Shown one piece after another: positions 40,101 to 55,430 of a DNA stretch of 64,000 nucleotides (the first letter of the stretch is position 1; each line of letters opens with the position of its first letter). A program made the translations under genes and the position numbers. The notes beneath the pieces were generated by a model that saw only the letters and a program-made list of their open reading frames with translations, made no database searches and was not told the origin of the DNA. Origin of the DNA: Epiperipatus broadwayi (lineage: Eukaryota; Animalia; Onychophora); the NCBI GenBank assembly GCA_028023455.1, contig JAQFVV010000002.1:9052001-9116000 (forward strand). The letters run 5' to 3'.

Positions 40101-41795
40101 GTCTGAAAAAATTTCTACATTAATTGTAGAATTATGAAACCGTGATGTCAAAGTAAGATTATCAAAGTTACTAGCATAAAATTCATTGAGTCTACCATCA
40201 AAGAGTCACTAGAACAATTCATACTCCCTGACCTTTCTGCCTCACAGTTTGCTTGTAAGGGGAGTTCCACTCTTATGGCTGCCACACTCTAAGATGGCCA
40301 CCGAGCATGTTAGGTGGTCTCAAAATGGAAGGCCCATCGCTGCCCAACTAGACATTCCAGGCAGCCTCTGACTCTGTTATGCTCAACCTGCTCCTTGGTT
40401 TCCTCAGGGACCTGAACATTCCAGAGGCACTTCTATCCATACAATCTCCTGTCCAACAGAGAAATCCTAGTTACCCTGGATTTGAAAGTTGCCCCTGGCT
40501 TCACACCTAATATATCTATCCCTCAGGGCTCTCTGCTGAGCACTTTGTTGTTAACTGCATTTCTGAATCCCCTCTTGCTTAGACTGAAACATGACCTCCC
40601 TGGAATCCTCATCCCTGTACTGGGCAAAAGCATCAAATGCCTTGCTTATGTTGATGATGTGGTTGTCTTCCTTCCCTCAGTTGATCTCATCCACAGGCTT
40701 CAACAGACTATACCAAAACACACAGGCTGGAATTTAGCAGTGATAAATCAGAGGCCTGGCAACTATCAACTGGTAAACAAATTCCTTCTACCTTTAATGC
40801 CAAGCCACATAACTTTCTCGGGTTTCCCCTCATGCTGTCTCCTAAGGGCAAGAGGGTACAGGTCCAAACCATACTGTATCAAAACATATCATCCACCTTC
40901 AGTGCTATCACAGGCATCTATCTCTCCCTTTATGAAAAATTCACCCTCCTCAATCTTCTAGTGTTTCCTAAAATAGCATATTACCTCTCCATTGTTCTAT
41001 GTACACCTTCCTTTATATCCAAAATCAATTCCCTTTGCACCCATTTTCTCTATGGCAGAAGGTGGTGGCCATCAGCCTAAAAAGAACTTGGTTTTCCTAA
41101 AAACTTCAATGGTCTGGGCCTGCACTCCATCAACACTTTCTGATCCAGAGATCTCACAACATTATCCTCATACTCCTAAGTCACTTTCCTGCCTACCTTG
41201 TGCATATCATTATCACACCCACCGACACCCCTCCTCCCAGTGGCAGGCCCAGGTCATGGACCTCACTCATTGCCAACATCCTTCAAAAGGTTGGCTTTGT
41301 TATACCATCCATTAGTGGAAAACTAAAGTACTGGGAGGTGTTGAATCAGACTGCAGACTTCTCCATTGTGTCCCCTACATTCCTTAAACTTACCAATGCT
41401 CAATTAATCTGCAAATTCAAAAGCTGGTCCCTTGAGGCAAAATTCCTTGATTTCCTCCTCAAAATCAATCCTTCACTCCCTTCCCACAAATCAATTTTTG
41501 GTCAACCATAGGGATTTCACCAAAATCTCTCCCATGTGATAGCTCTGTAAAACTGACAATGAAACCTTCCAGTACTTCCTACTTAAATATCCTTTTCTGC
41601 TTGGAGTGAGACATGTGTCATCAACTCTTGCCTTTCCTTGCACAGGAATACTATCTTAAACCTCAAAGAATTCATAGAAACAGGGGTCTTTGCAACTATT
41701 GGATTATCAGTTTTCCTCATCTATGCACTCTGGTTGCTCCAGTGTGACATTATTTTTGACCAGAGTACACTCAGTGAATCAAAAGCTATTGGACC

Positions 41796-41849
41796 TAATT
41801 CACTCTTTCAAAAACAGAGATATAATTCACTCTTTCAAAAACAGAGATA
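41796..41849 (+). repeat. 27-bp tandem duplication inside the LINE
   Basis: TAATTCACTCTTTCAAAAACAGAGATA x2. Confidence 0.95.
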
Positions 41850-42050
41850 CCAAACTAGCCCCACCTCCACTCCTCACAGACAGTTGGACAATCCTCCAAC
41901 TCCCATCTCAGCCTCTGTCATAGGACTCAATCATTCAAATGTTTGCGACCCATGTGGTGCTTGCTCAATGATGACCTGCATCTCGGACTGGCCTGGCCTA
42001 CACACCATTTCCCCTTTCCACTTCCCCATTTCCTTTTCACATGTATCCTT

Positions 42051-42214
42051 CCCCTCTTACCATCTTGCTTCTGAAATTTCAATTTATCATATAATCACTC
42101 CCTTGTAAAACTTTTTCTAACTGTATTTGTATCCCCTCTTACCATCTTGCTTCTGAAATTTCAATTTATCATATAATCGCTCCCTTGTAAAACTTTTTCT
42201 AACTGTATTTGTAT
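42051..42214 (+). repeat. 82-bp tandem duplication in the LINE 3' UTR
   Basis: 42051-42132 is nearly identical to 42133-42214. Confidence 0.95.
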
Positions 42215-42949
42215 CTGTTTTTTTTTTGATGAATAAACTTTCATCACTGAGAAAAAAAAAGTTACTAGCAATATTTTTTCTTCTTTACCTAATTTCATTT
42301 TTATATTTATCAGATGACATCCATGACATGTCTAAAGATTTTACTATGTCCACATAACTGGTAGTAATTTCATTATTTTTTTTTCTAAGATGTCATCTTT
42401 ATGTTCGAAAATATCTTAAACAAAGACTAAAATCAACAAATTGTAGCTTATTAAACTTTTTATCTGAAATGATCCCAGTCTGTATATGTTTAAAAATATA
42501 TGTAATACTTTTAGATTATTAAAAATTGTGTAAAATTAGAAAAAAATAAAATAAACATATTATCCGACATAGTTGCTATTGAGTGCCTCGATCTCGATAA
42601 TTTTTTTAACAAGCAATTTTAGTTAACTGAATTAAAATTCTTTTTTTTTTAAAGTTAAAAACTATTTTCTTTTTAAGCTTAAAACATTATTCAAATAATG
42701 TGCAGTCTCATACCATTTTACTGTGTTACAAATAGTAATAATAACGTAGCTTACACCACGGCACATGCGTTTTAAATATGGAACACTATTTATAATGAAT
42801 ATTTATAATGCAAATAAATATATATATATATTAATTTTTTGGCTGTATTCCATTTTATCTGATCATTCAACTTTATCTTTAATATCAGATCAATATTCAT
42901 TATTAGAAGAAACATCATAATTCTTCCATCATGCATTCCTGTGCTTCTT

Positions 42950-45300
42950 TCTCTTCTCTTCTCTGAAATATATATTTATTTGTATAAGATGAAAGATATA
43001 CAAATGAATCCTGACCAAACCTGGTATGCATTTGTTTATATATTATATTAGAATGTAAACCAGCTCACCAAAATCACACTATTATCAACAAAGCTCCTAA
43101 GCCTCATGAATGATATCCATAAAAAATTATAATAGCATCACAATCAGAGTATGATAGTTCCAGATTTCTAACACTAAAGAAAACATAAAAATTCAATTTC
43201 AGAACAACTTAAAGAATAGATAGCAACAATAAAAATGATTCTTAAACAAGCCTCACATTTTAAACAATAATTATATCAGATAGGCATTGGGTCACTCTCC
43301 TCAAATTCCATCCATCATTAAAATACAATCAGTTACTATTTGTGGCAAAATTTATCATGGAACAAATATACATATATTTTAAAGACCAAAATTCATCCAT
43401 CAATCTATCACAGCTCTCATATGGCAAACCGGTAAAAGAAATTCAGTTCACTTTTAAAAATGTTCTACAAAAAATGGAATCAAGATCAGATTCATACCAT
43501 CCTGTAATGAATAGGATTCCAATGTTCATATATCTACAGCTTAATAAATTTAGAATTCAGTAAACATCTCACAAATTTTATATCTAAACCAAATACCAGA
43601 ATTCAATCAAATATCACCTGTTCCATTTTTGAAAAAACAAAGAAATGGTTTTCACACTAACAAATTTACATCCAATTTCAATGTATCCCTTTGTCATAAA
43701 AATATACCAAAATGTATCTAAAATCCAATCTGCAAAAAAAGATTCATCAACTAGGCAAACAGCATTTCACTTCAAAGCAACAACAGAAACAGTAAAAAAA
43801 GAAAAAGAAAAATACAGCCCAATTGTTCGTTATTCAACTAAACATAGAGACAGCCATTAACATAATAAAATTCTGGAACAAAATAAAGTCCCAAAGGTCT
43901 ACTTATATTTACTTTTAACTTACTATTAAACTGTAAAATATACATTATTTTAAATCGCAAAACCTCACCCCCAATTATGCTACATCAATTCATATCATAG
44001 GATTCCCAATTCAGTATCTTGATTTTTACTACCTATATAAATCTCCTTATTAACATTATATAAAATGAAATGCCTGAAATCTACATACCCTACTTACATG
44101 GATGATATCTAGTCTTTTTTGTCATCCCAAAAAAAAAAAACACCCCCAAACTTTTTAAAAAAATTCAGATGATACAAACAGATATAAATTAACCTCCAAC
44201 GTGGAAAAGTCATGTGCCTGGCACATTTACACAGGCATTAATATAATGGAACATTTTAAAGGTAAACCTAACTCATTCTTAGATTTCCATTTTTACCTGT
44301 GCCTTTTACTAATATTGGCACTTATCCAAAATAGTCTTAAAAAATAAAAATTATAGTCAACTCTCTAAAAAAAAATCCTACCTATCACTTTATGCAAAAA
44401 TATGACTTTTCAACATGCTAATCACGATAAAAATTTCACACTACACTCCATCAATATTTTATACCAAAACATTCTCAAAACAAATAAACTTGCTATGCAG
44501 CAAATTCTTATGAGGAAAAAGATAATTGTAATATCAATAAGATGGCTTAAAAATCCACTCTCACAAAATGGTCTAAGGCTTGACTCACTTCTCACTTTCA
44601 GAATCCAAAAAACAATGTAATATATAGCATGTATAAAAAATTATCATATCTAGAAACAGCCTCCAAATCATTCTGACAGACAAATATCTAATCAGAAATA
44701 TCTAAAGACATTTCTCAATACTGTTCATAAAAATTTGTTTTTTAAACTGTATCAAAATAAATTCAAATATCAGTAAAAGTATTCACTTTTGCATCCTCCA
44801 CAAGGCATTAATAAACACATACTTACCATTAATAACAAAAACTTTGCCATAAATTCAAATTCTGGTCACTTGAACCAGAATATTTTGATTTTTTACTTAA
44901 AATTAACCTCAGTTTGTTAGTCACACAATCCTTTCTAAGATTTAAAAGAAACTATCAAAATGTAGACCATTTATGCATCTTTTGTTATAAAGATTTGGAA
45001 ACACAGGACCATATTTTTATGCTAAAGCCTCAATACCATTCATTCAATAATATACTCTTCAAAAATAAAAATAAATAAATATAAATAGCCTATTTGACTC
45101 ATTTCAAAAAGGAAGTCTTCTCTGACATCTGGATGAGTGTATTCATTTTTTTATGCCATATAGTGTACAAGGCATAATTAATCTAAAACAACAATTCAAG
45201 AAGGCTCCCAAACATTTTTAAAAGCAAAGTAAATAGTATATGCCAAAAAGATAAAATAAAAAAACCATCAAAAAACTTTCATTGACATCTGTTCTCAGTT
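42950..45300 (+). mobile_element. Older decayed LINE (L1/Tx1-like): RT and C-terminal Cys/His motif
   Basis: Translates to TNLHPISM, QTAFHFKATTET, TYMDDI (~44095) and LCIFCYKDLETQDHIF (~44970-45020). Confidence 0.6.
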
Positions 45301-48300
45301 GCATTTACTCTCAAAAGAAATGAGCATTCAGGATTAATAAATCAGAAATGAAAAACAGAAACTAAAAAATATCATTGGCCATCATTGCAATATCTCAAAT
45401 GAATCAAATTATGAATTCTCTTTTATTTTCAAAACTTTGTTAGCTCTATATTGTTTGTTAAATAAAGTCCTTTGAAAGCTAATATGGGAGAGTGGGGGGT
45501 ATTTGTGTAATAATTGTGAAACAAAATTGTCTTACTTTCTGATTTAAATTAAATAACAAAGAATTAGTAATAACTAATTTAATCCATACTAGAAACGTTT
45601 TTTTTTGTGTGTGTGCATTTGTGTGTGTTTTGATTAACATTCATTTAATATTTGTTACTATTAATAAATTTGAATTTACTATTTATATTTAACAGTTTTG
45701 TTATTTTTTTTCATTCTCATATTAAGATAAATTTCTTAGATATTTAGAAAAAAGGTTTAATTTACCATATTTATCTTTTATAGTCCTTATTATTATTATC
45801 TAAGTAGTAAAAACGTTATTTTGACTTTATTTCTTATTATATTTTTTATATTCCTTTGGCACATTATTTACATTAGAGATTTAATTGTCATCATTAGTTA
45901 TTTTATATCATAATAACATCACTTTGGTGCTTAAATATATATGACTTTTAAAACAATAGCCATTATTATGCATTATGTTATTATATGTAATCTAGAACAA
46001 GAATGTTAAAACACTATGGAAATAATTAATTATAATTTCAGGAATGTACAAACTTTCTTTACTGCTGTTTCTTCTAATGAAATAATAGCATGTAATAAAT
46101 TAGAATAAAGTTTTGTTTAATTTATTTTTTACTATTTGGATTTACTCTTTCAGCATAGGCATGAATAGGTAATAGCAAACAATACCTACAGAAATATACT
46201 CCTACCATCAGTGATAAAAGTCTTATAATACTAAATGTTCTGCTTGGTTTATTGAATGGATGAGAATCTGAATGTGGAGCTACAGGTCCATGTATCATAG
46301 TTCCAACTCTTGCTTTTGGTAGTCAAGCTTCTTTTGAATTTTCAAATAATAAATGATTTGCTTATTATCATACTAAATTTATATTCATTATTTTTAAATG
46401 GGGCATTTACATTATAATGAAAATGGCAGGAAAAATGTTAAAAAGGATCTCAACTGAATATTAAAAATCTAAAAAGAAAAACATTAATTCTTTTAATGAA
46501 GACCTGAATATTTGAGCAGTTATAATTAATTATTTCTACTTACATTGTAAATATACTTAAAATTAAGATTAAATATATTATACAATATTATATAAATCTT
46601 ATTTATCAAACTGTACTACTTCTGCAATCATTTCTGTTCTTGATACACTCATTAAATACTCATAACAATTCTATTTTTGAAAATTATCTATCAACTTATT
46701 TCTTTTGGCCATTTTTATTTTATCCTCATTATCTTTTATTTTTGTCTTTAAGTTTATGTTTAATCCAATCATCTTCCCCATTATGAAAACATTGGCTAAC
46801 CATTAATTTAATCATTAATTTTATGTGATTGAATTAATTAACTTTTGAACATCCCACACTTTAATTTCAAGATTTAACAAAATCTCAATTGCAATTGAAG
46901 AACATAATTATTTTTTGGCTTTTAAGAACACAATAAGTAAAATTATTTATTATATATTATTTTCATTTTATATTGGCAGTAAATATTGGTATCTTTAAAA
47001 ATACATATTGAACATTTAAATGTTAAAATTTATTCACCACAAATTAATGAGGGATATGAACTATAGTGTTTGTTTTCTTGTCCATGAAAAAGAACAAGTA
47101 CTTCTAATGCAAATATCATGATTATGAAAATCATTTTTGTAAACTACATTATTTAAAAATTGATGATTATATGCAATTAAGTTGTTATTAAATTATATCA
47201 TGTTTTTAAATACATGCTTTTTACACTTTTATTTTAAATAAAAAGCATTAAAAAACTATACATTTACAATGGATGTTAGTTATTCATTACACTGATCCTC
47301 AGTCATAATAGATCATTTTAGAAAATAAATGTCTTGCTAGCTTTATAACTTATAATTTTAAATATTTGTCAAATATCTATTGCTTTATCCATGCTTAAAG
47401 CATAGAAAATTGTTGTTCATATTTTCTTAATAGATTTTTAAATACGTAAAGTATAGAACTTTTATTAAACTAATACATCATTCTTAATTCAGTAATCTCA
47501 GCACATATATTATTATCATAAACATAAACTTGAATTTCATAATACATATTATGCATCAAGTTTGTATCAATAATCTTACAATTGTATGAAATTAAAAGCT
47601 TTCACAGTTTTTGTATACTGTAACAAATATTTGATTTTAAAAATATTTACCATCATTTGCTCTGTAAATTCTTTACAACTCTCAAATAGTTGTAGTATTG
47701 ACTCCATTTTTTTTGCAAATTCTTATTATTTAACTGAGTATACTGAAAACTTTTAAAATTTCTAAGCCTGGCAAATAGTAACTTCTTTTACACTACAAGT
47801 TTTTGAAAGATTATTGTGGAGGCCATGTTTGGACTATTTAGGTAAAAAAATTATGATATGAGATGTTTTAAGGAACCAATACTATATATAATATTGTTAA
47901 TTTTCTGAAAATATATGCCTTACCATAATACATTCTATTATATTTTTTGTTTTCATAGATTTGCTAAGATTATAATATTTTTAACACTTCAATTCTGATT
48001 CTGATATTTCTAGATTATTAATATAGAAAAATTTTCATGTTGGAACTGAGTATTTTTTATTTCATATATAATAATTATATAATTATAGAGCTAGATAACT
48101 ATAACAAGGAGATAATTGTGAAGTAAATAGTGACAGTAGATAAAAAACATATGTTTTAACTATATTCATTATATAATGTTATTATTAAAAAGTTTCCTCA
48201 ACAATTAATAGTTTAAATCTGCCATTGTTATAGCATTAAATTTTTCAGCTTCATAACTTGATAGAAATATTAGAGATAGTCAAATTATTTTTTTTATTGT

Positions 48301-49123
48301 TTTAGTTATTAGTGCATTAAAAACAGCAGTAACTTTTGTTTTAGAAATATTGATTGATGTACCTAAGAAAGAAATAAGGGTATCATGAATGTTCAATGAC
48401 ATTTTTTTATTAAATAAAAAATAATACAATTTATTGAATTAGTAATTTAGTAATATTCTGAAAATCTTCTATTATATCAAGAACCCACTTTGAATTTATT
48501 ACATGTATTATATATTAAGAGTGTTACCATATAACACAAATATAACAAGTAAAGTCATTGTATTTCTTGTTTAATTTTCTTTGATAGTCGATTTTTGTTT
48601 TCATCAAAAACAAAGACATTAAAAAAAAAAAAATTCAAAGATTACTTCTAATAACTATAAAGATATTTAATATATTCTTACAATTTTTGATAGATGGATA
48701 GATAGGTATCATCATTTATAATCATGATTTTCCATAAATCTTTATATATTATGAAAAGTTATTAAATACAAATGTTTCTTTCATATCATGAAAACTTAAA
48801 TAATGCATAAAATATGTTTTTAAAATATGTAGCCATTTTCTTTTAATGAGGGAAATATTATAGAATCTAGAAAATATTTAAAAATTAATATTTTATTGTG
48901 CAGTATTGCATAATAATTATCAATAGTAATAAGTAGTGTACTAAAATATAAACTTTAAAAATATCATTTACATTTTTTAATAAATGCATGCATACTAAAT
49001 AATTTATTTTTAAAAAACATTTTCTTTTAGTCACAAATAAATATGTTATTATTTTTGATTTTATCAAATGAAAAAAGAATATTCAAAGTTTTTACTATCT
49101 TACTGAAAATTAATAAATAAAAT

Positions 49124-49953
49124 GGTAAAGGTTTACTTTAATGACCACTGAATATTCGCCATCTAGTTTGTAAAATTAGAACTAAAATCTTACGTATATG
49201 CTCCTATATTACAATTACAGTAAATATTTATTAATTAAAACGTAAAATATAATAAAAACAAATCATTTACCTTTTTAGGCATAATTATTCCCTATGCATA
49301 GTAGGAAGTTGGAGAAAAAGGTGGCAATGCTATATCTACTGTGGAAGGCAAATTCTTGGAGGTATGATGAAAATAAAGCTCTGCTGGTACCAGATTGGAA
49401 TTTCAGCTTACGTTTCACTCTCATCCACATATTCTCAATATTCTGGATATGTATGTCTTGATCTTCAGGATTCACGAAGTTGTCCTGGTGGATGACAACC
49501 GAATGCATATATACCCCATTGCTGAGTCTGCTATTATTGTATGCAGCCCAGCCATCTGAAATTATGTGAGTATCTGATAAAATGTACCACTGGATTAGGG
49601 CCTCAAATGTGCCAGCCGTTAATTCAAATTTTTGAACTCAGAGGGTGTTTTTGTTTTGTAATAAGTGCTATAAATCTAGATAATTTAAATTTTTAAGTTA
49701 TAAAAGTAGATAGTTTAAATTCTTAAGTTTCAAATAATTTAAAGTAATTATTTTAATTAATCTAGTGTAATTATTTCAACTTCTTTAAAATGGTAAATAT
49801 TTTTTAATTATCTTTTACATTTTAATAAATTTTAATGTAATTGTAATATACAAGCATATACATAAGATTTTCGTATAATAATTTACTTCTAATTTTGAAA
49901 ACTAGAGGGCGAACATAATTTTTATGTTGTGGTCGCTAAAGTAAACCTTTACC
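49124..49953 (-). mobile_element. Merlin (IS1016/IS1595-like) DNA transposon internal-deletion derivative
   Basis: TIRs GGTAAAGGTTTACTTTA-(T/C)GACCAC at both ends. 8-bp flanks are AATAAAAT / AATAAAAA. The transposase fragment (~49275-49620) reads HIISDGWAAY...HSVVIHQDNFVNPEDQDIHIQNIENMWMRVKRKLK...GTS...SYLQEF. Confidence 0.9.
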
Positions 49954-50249
49954 AATAAAAAAATTATCTTAGCAGTTAGAAATCTGAAAAAAGAAAAAGA
50001 AGAGTAGACAAAAGTCTAAAAAAGCTCTTGTAAAATTTCCAAATAAATGTTCTTTTATTTCCGAAAAATTAAATAAAATAATTTGGTTCTGTTTTACAAT
50101 TTAATTGAGATAAACAAATTTTATTTATTTCTAAAAGTTCTAATATTTTTATTTTTTTATCTCCACCTAGAAGTAAACTCTTTACTAAGTCAACCTTTTT
50201 ATTTTATGATATACATTATATACTTTTTTTAAATGCTTTTATTTAACTT

Positions 50250-52900
50250 AGAAATTCTCTTTGTCAAATCTTATAACTGATTTCTAATATAGTTCTATTG
50301 AATATTTTCTTTAAATTTTGTTGCATATGTTAGGTATCAATTACAATGCAATATTTAAGGAGCAGTGTCTCACTAATTGTCTATCCTAACAGTATTGATG
50401 CTCTAAATTTCAAAAACTATGTTGATATCAGTTCAGTACTTTTTCAGTGATGTACAATAGATGATGATATCCTTTTCAAAATAGACTTTCATTGAATTTC
50501 ATAATTAATTCATTAAAAAACTTTTACAATTAATTAAAATAGAAAGGAAGGAGGAAATTTTATTTTCTCTTGATTGTTTAACTTAAACTTGCTCTAGTAA
50601 AACAATTTTTAACGCATAAGAATTTATTTCAAATACTAGATATATACACATTGTTTAGAAAATATACAAATACTAAAAAGTGATATATATAATCTTTTAT
50701 GAGAGGTACTTTTATTTAAATTGGTAATCAATCTACTAAAAAATAAAAAAAAATTATCAGCTTCCTGATAGAATAAAAAAAAAATTTTAAACTAATATCT
50801 GATTTACATTTTCCAAAGAAATTTTATTTTAAACTAAATAAACAAAACAAATCATTTATTTTTATATTCACTTATAGTTTCACTTTAGATATACTGAAAA
50901 TAAATAAAGGAGCTCAATATTTCATTACCATTTTATTTTATTTATATAGTAATGTCTCTAAATTGCTCTTCTGATCTTTCTTGTCACACTGAATTGAATC
51001 GTAAATAGAATCTGCATTTTCAGTTCTATTTTGTATAGAGGTTCTAACTGCCAGGGCTCTCCTCCACCTTCCTCATCTATGATTGCATTTTTTGTGTTGG
51101 AAGTCTTCTCAGGGGATGCATTCTACTTCCATCATATGGTTACTATATATCTATCTGCAACCTGGATTATGGCTGATCTGTTCTTTGAATGTTATCAAGT
51201 AGTTCTTTTTGTACATTGACGAAGTTTATAATTCATCCATTTCTTCAATAGAGCATTTGTTATTTTCAAGCATTATCTATTGTACCATGGATAACATTTT
51301 ATGGTATATAATGCAAATAATCTGACCTCCAGACAAAGGGAAGATTATAAGAGATCTTAACTTAGATGCTGTGATAAAAAAAACAGTATAAATTTCACCT
51401 GCAACTGTTGGCTACTTCTCTTGTGATACTTTGTGCATGATTCCATTCTGACTTTCTTCATTCAAGAAACTGTACAGAATCATATGCCAATAATTTCCAA
51501 AAGTCTAACATTTTAATCACAATGCATATTACCAGTCTTTGGCTGCACCATGAAGGTGTTTACAAGCAACAGCTATATTTTTTTTCTTCCATCCAATCAT
51601 GAAAGTGGAGTAGCTCTTTCAAACTTTCCAAGTGTATCAAAAATATTTCTTCTACATCTGCTTTAAATGCTTTTATCTGGATACTCTTGACTACTAATTG
51701 TTTTGTATATCTCTCAGTGTTCTAGTTGTTATCCATTATCACTTTCTCAGGAGATTACATATTTCCATATGCTGTAAATTATACATTTTATTATAATGAA
51801 AAATGTACATTCATTTATGAAGTTACTTTTACTCACTTCTATCTCTTTGTAGCAACTTTGTTTTATTTCTATGGCTTCTATTCTGTTCTTTAAGTCATTC
51901 TTTAGCTCTTCATATACCTACACTATTTCTTTTAAATTGTGCTCTTTTTCTTCTATTTCATCTCTAATGTTAAGGTGTATCTAATTAATTTTGTTGTTGA
52001 CAATTTCTATTCGGTCATTAAGATGTTTCTGCCACTCCATTCTACTGAGACATATGTTTTCCTCCTGTATTGCAATATTATTTTCTAAGGTTTCTAGAGT
52101 TGTGATAGTCTTTTCTTCCTTATTTTCCAAATTCTTTTTTTTCTAACCAACTTTTTTTTACATAATCCAATTTTGTTTGTTTTGTATTTACTCTGAAGTG
52201 TATCTACTCTGTAAATCTTCTTTAACTTCCCTTATGTTATTTTTAAGTTCTGTCATTTTTATTCAGTTCTGTTGTAACTCTCTTCATTTTTTGCTGCATC
52301 TCTTCTACTATTATCTTTTGGCTTCACTCTAATTTTGCTTCCAGTTTGTGCTGAAATTCTTTTAATTTTTGCTAACTTTGCTTAAAGTTTTATTTCATGT
52401 TTTGATGACTACATGATTTCTTGATATTTCTGTCAATTCTTGTTGATTTTGCTACAAAAAATTTCAAATAATTGAAACATTATCTCTATGGAGAGTTCTT
52501 ATTCTTTTTTCTCCTGAATTTTTATTTGTAAGTGTTTAGCTATTCTTATAATGTTCTTTGGTTCTCTAAATGTCACACCAGGGCTGTCTTCTTTTTCCTA
52601 TGACATATTCTATGGTTCTGATCTAATATATAATTCCTTATTTTTAACTTCTGATCATTCAACTTTATTCTTCTTTTCTTACTTTATTATAATTTGTTTG
52701 CATGGTTTTAATATATTTCATAAAAAGAGTTTTTCCCAGATATATCTCCAAACTTTACAGAATGTCTCTAATTTGCACTATTCAATCACTATTATATATA
52801 TAGTCCAAGTTATTTTTTTATGTCAACTGTTTAACTATCATATAATCAACCCTACTAAATAGTCTCTCTTTGGGTATATTTTTTTCATTGCTAATTCCAT
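50250..52900 (-). mobile_element. Second decayed gypsy-like element (coiled-coil gag region, possible protease)
   Basis: E/K-rich coiled-coil strand bias at 51800-52500 and gag-like KNIAVACKHLHGAAKDW (~51540-51590). Confidence 0.6.
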
Positions 52901-55372
52901 CATTAGAACTTTTTGCTATGACACTACTTAATTTACAAGCATATATCAATTGGTAATTCAATCTCTCAGGGCATGTTTTTCTTTTTATATCTGACTCCAA
53001 ATTAGTAGTCCCAAAAATATAAAAATTATATAATGGTCAGATTATGGCCAACATCCATCACCAGAAGGCCCACTAAAGTTACAATATATATATTCCTATT
53101 TATAATTGTTAAAATTTAAGCATTAGCCTCCATTGAGTGTTTAGCTGCTAATGTTTGTAAAAGAAAATTAACATTTAGTGGTGAGGCTATTGAACCATAG
53201 ATCTGTACAAAATCTTTGATCACTACTATCAAATTTAGTTTGTTCACTAGGGCAGGGAGAATCTAGAAACTCCTTGGAATAATCAGTTGGGCATAGCATA
53301 TGCAACAACTAGCAACAGTGGTTATACGAGACAAAGCTAAATAGATAGCAGATATTTATTGTAAATTCATTAAAGTTATATTACAATGTTTATTATAAAT
53401 ATTCTTAGCTATAGTTTTATAATACAAAATTACATCAGTGGATTATAATTTTAAACTTTATGTTATGTTATGTACATACACATATATAATATTTCCATGT
53501 ATATCTTTCTGAATTCTATCATAGAACAAACTGAAATAGTCAATAATATCATTCATTTTATTCATAAATCAATTGGTTATGAATGTTAAAGTTACATTCA
53601 GTGTGTATACAGTAGACTCCAATCAAGTAAGTTTGTAATAGTAACTCATATGAATATTAATTATTTTAATCTTTCTAACAAAATGTATTCAATAAGTTGC
53701 CATACCATCATCATTGTATAAATCAATATTTAACTGCTTATTAAAAATTCCAGATAACCATGCAATTCATTACTAAATTTAATAAAACTTTACTTCAAAA
53801 TCTAATGACTGAACACATAAATCATTTCTAAACTATAGATATTCTTCAAAATATATCTGTAAAAAATAAAGTACATAAAATTTAGTAAAAATACATTACA
53901 AACTTCATATAACTGCATCAATATCTTCTCTACTGTATAAATGCATCTATGACAAATATATATCGTACTGTAACTAGAATCCATTTGAAAATTTTTAATT
54001 AACAAATCAAGCCTAGTTTAAACAAATCAGTAAAGCAAAAACACCAACTTTTATCAATTCCTTAAATTTCTTTCCTCTCATTTTAATATGGATTTCAATA
54101 AAATATTTAAAATCTGAACATCAATTTTAACTAATAATTTCAATTGACAGGTACATTCCAATTTTTTCATTAATCAGTTTTATATAAACAAGCTTCTCTT
54201 TTGAACACTAATATTTTAACTATATATGACTTGCTTTATTAAGCATAAGGATAGTGATTTTCATGAGTCAGACTTTTGATTCTTATTAAATATTTTAAAA
54301 TTAATAATTAGCTGTGAAATTTACCCCTCACAACCCACGCTCCCATTTTAAACTTCTCATATTAACATCTTAAATCATTAAATATAATTTACACAATAAT
54401 TGTTAATTCAAAATCAATGATAAAGAAAAATAGATAGCGAAATAAATAGTAATAAGAGTTTTTAGGTAAGAAGAAAAAATTTAAATAAAGTTTATAAAAT
54501 GTTTATAAATTAAAAAATGACTAATATTATTACCTCAAATTAGTATTTATTCAGCAGTCAGCAAAATCTAATGATGATTGTAATAATGTTTATTTCTTTT
54601 ACATACAAGCTTTTTATGTTTTAAAAAAACTTATTTGAAATTTGAATTATTAAGTTGACATTATAAGATCATGTGTTTTCCTCAGTTGAGTTTTAAAAAT
54701 TTTGGCATAATCAGTTTTCCACATATATTTAAATTAACAGTACATGGAAAGCTTCTCATGCACTGAGGAGGTTCTGTTAGTTGCACATTAGTTTGATGGT
54801 AACTGTTATATTTACAATCAGCACAATGTGCAAGAGAAACAGAAAGGAAAGTATAAATTGATTTCAATTGCATACCATTCATATTAAAATTTGTTTCTAG
54901 TAAATTCTAATTACAAAAAAAAAAACAGATTAAAGATATCAGATCATTTTATGGGTAATTATTTTTGATAATATAAAAATATATTACAAATTTAATTTCT
55001 GATTTCCAATTTATTTTATGTAAAACCTTAATCTTATAATATATTCTTTCTGGACTTGAATTAAAGTCTATTTAAATTATCTTTTATTCTGCTAAAGTAT
55101 TAAACTCTTGTATAAAAAACCAAAAGAAAATTTCCTTATTTTCTTTACTTTAAAAAAAATTAAGAAATTTTTATTTAAAATAATATTCTCTATATTTAAT
55201 GTGGGTGTGTCTATATATGTGGTTAATTTGACTGCAACATATTATGTTAAATTTAACTAGTTATTCTATCTTACCAATGTGTAATTTGATATTTTACATT
55301 TAAATTAATTCTCTTTACCAACCTTCCAAAATGATTTTGAAATGGACATGTAGAAGAAAAGTAGTGTACACT

Positions 55373-55430
55373 TGCTATTCAGTGAAATAATACAAATTCT
55401 ATGCTATTCAGTGAAATAATACAAATTCTA
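55373..55430 (+). repeat. 29-bp tandem duplication
   Basis: TGCTATTCAGTGAAATAATACAAATTCTA x2. Confidence 0.95.

Larger units (their letters stand above)
40177..42257 (+). mobile_element. 5'-truncated L1/Tx1-clade LINE (RT, C-terminal region, 3' UTR, poly(A)) with 13-bp TSD
   Basis: Translates to PQGSLLSTLL...LNPLL...KCLAYVDDVVVFL. AATAAA lies near 42232, followed by an A tail. AAAGTTACTAGCA occurs at 40164-40176 and 42258-42270. Frameshifted. Confidence 0.9.
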
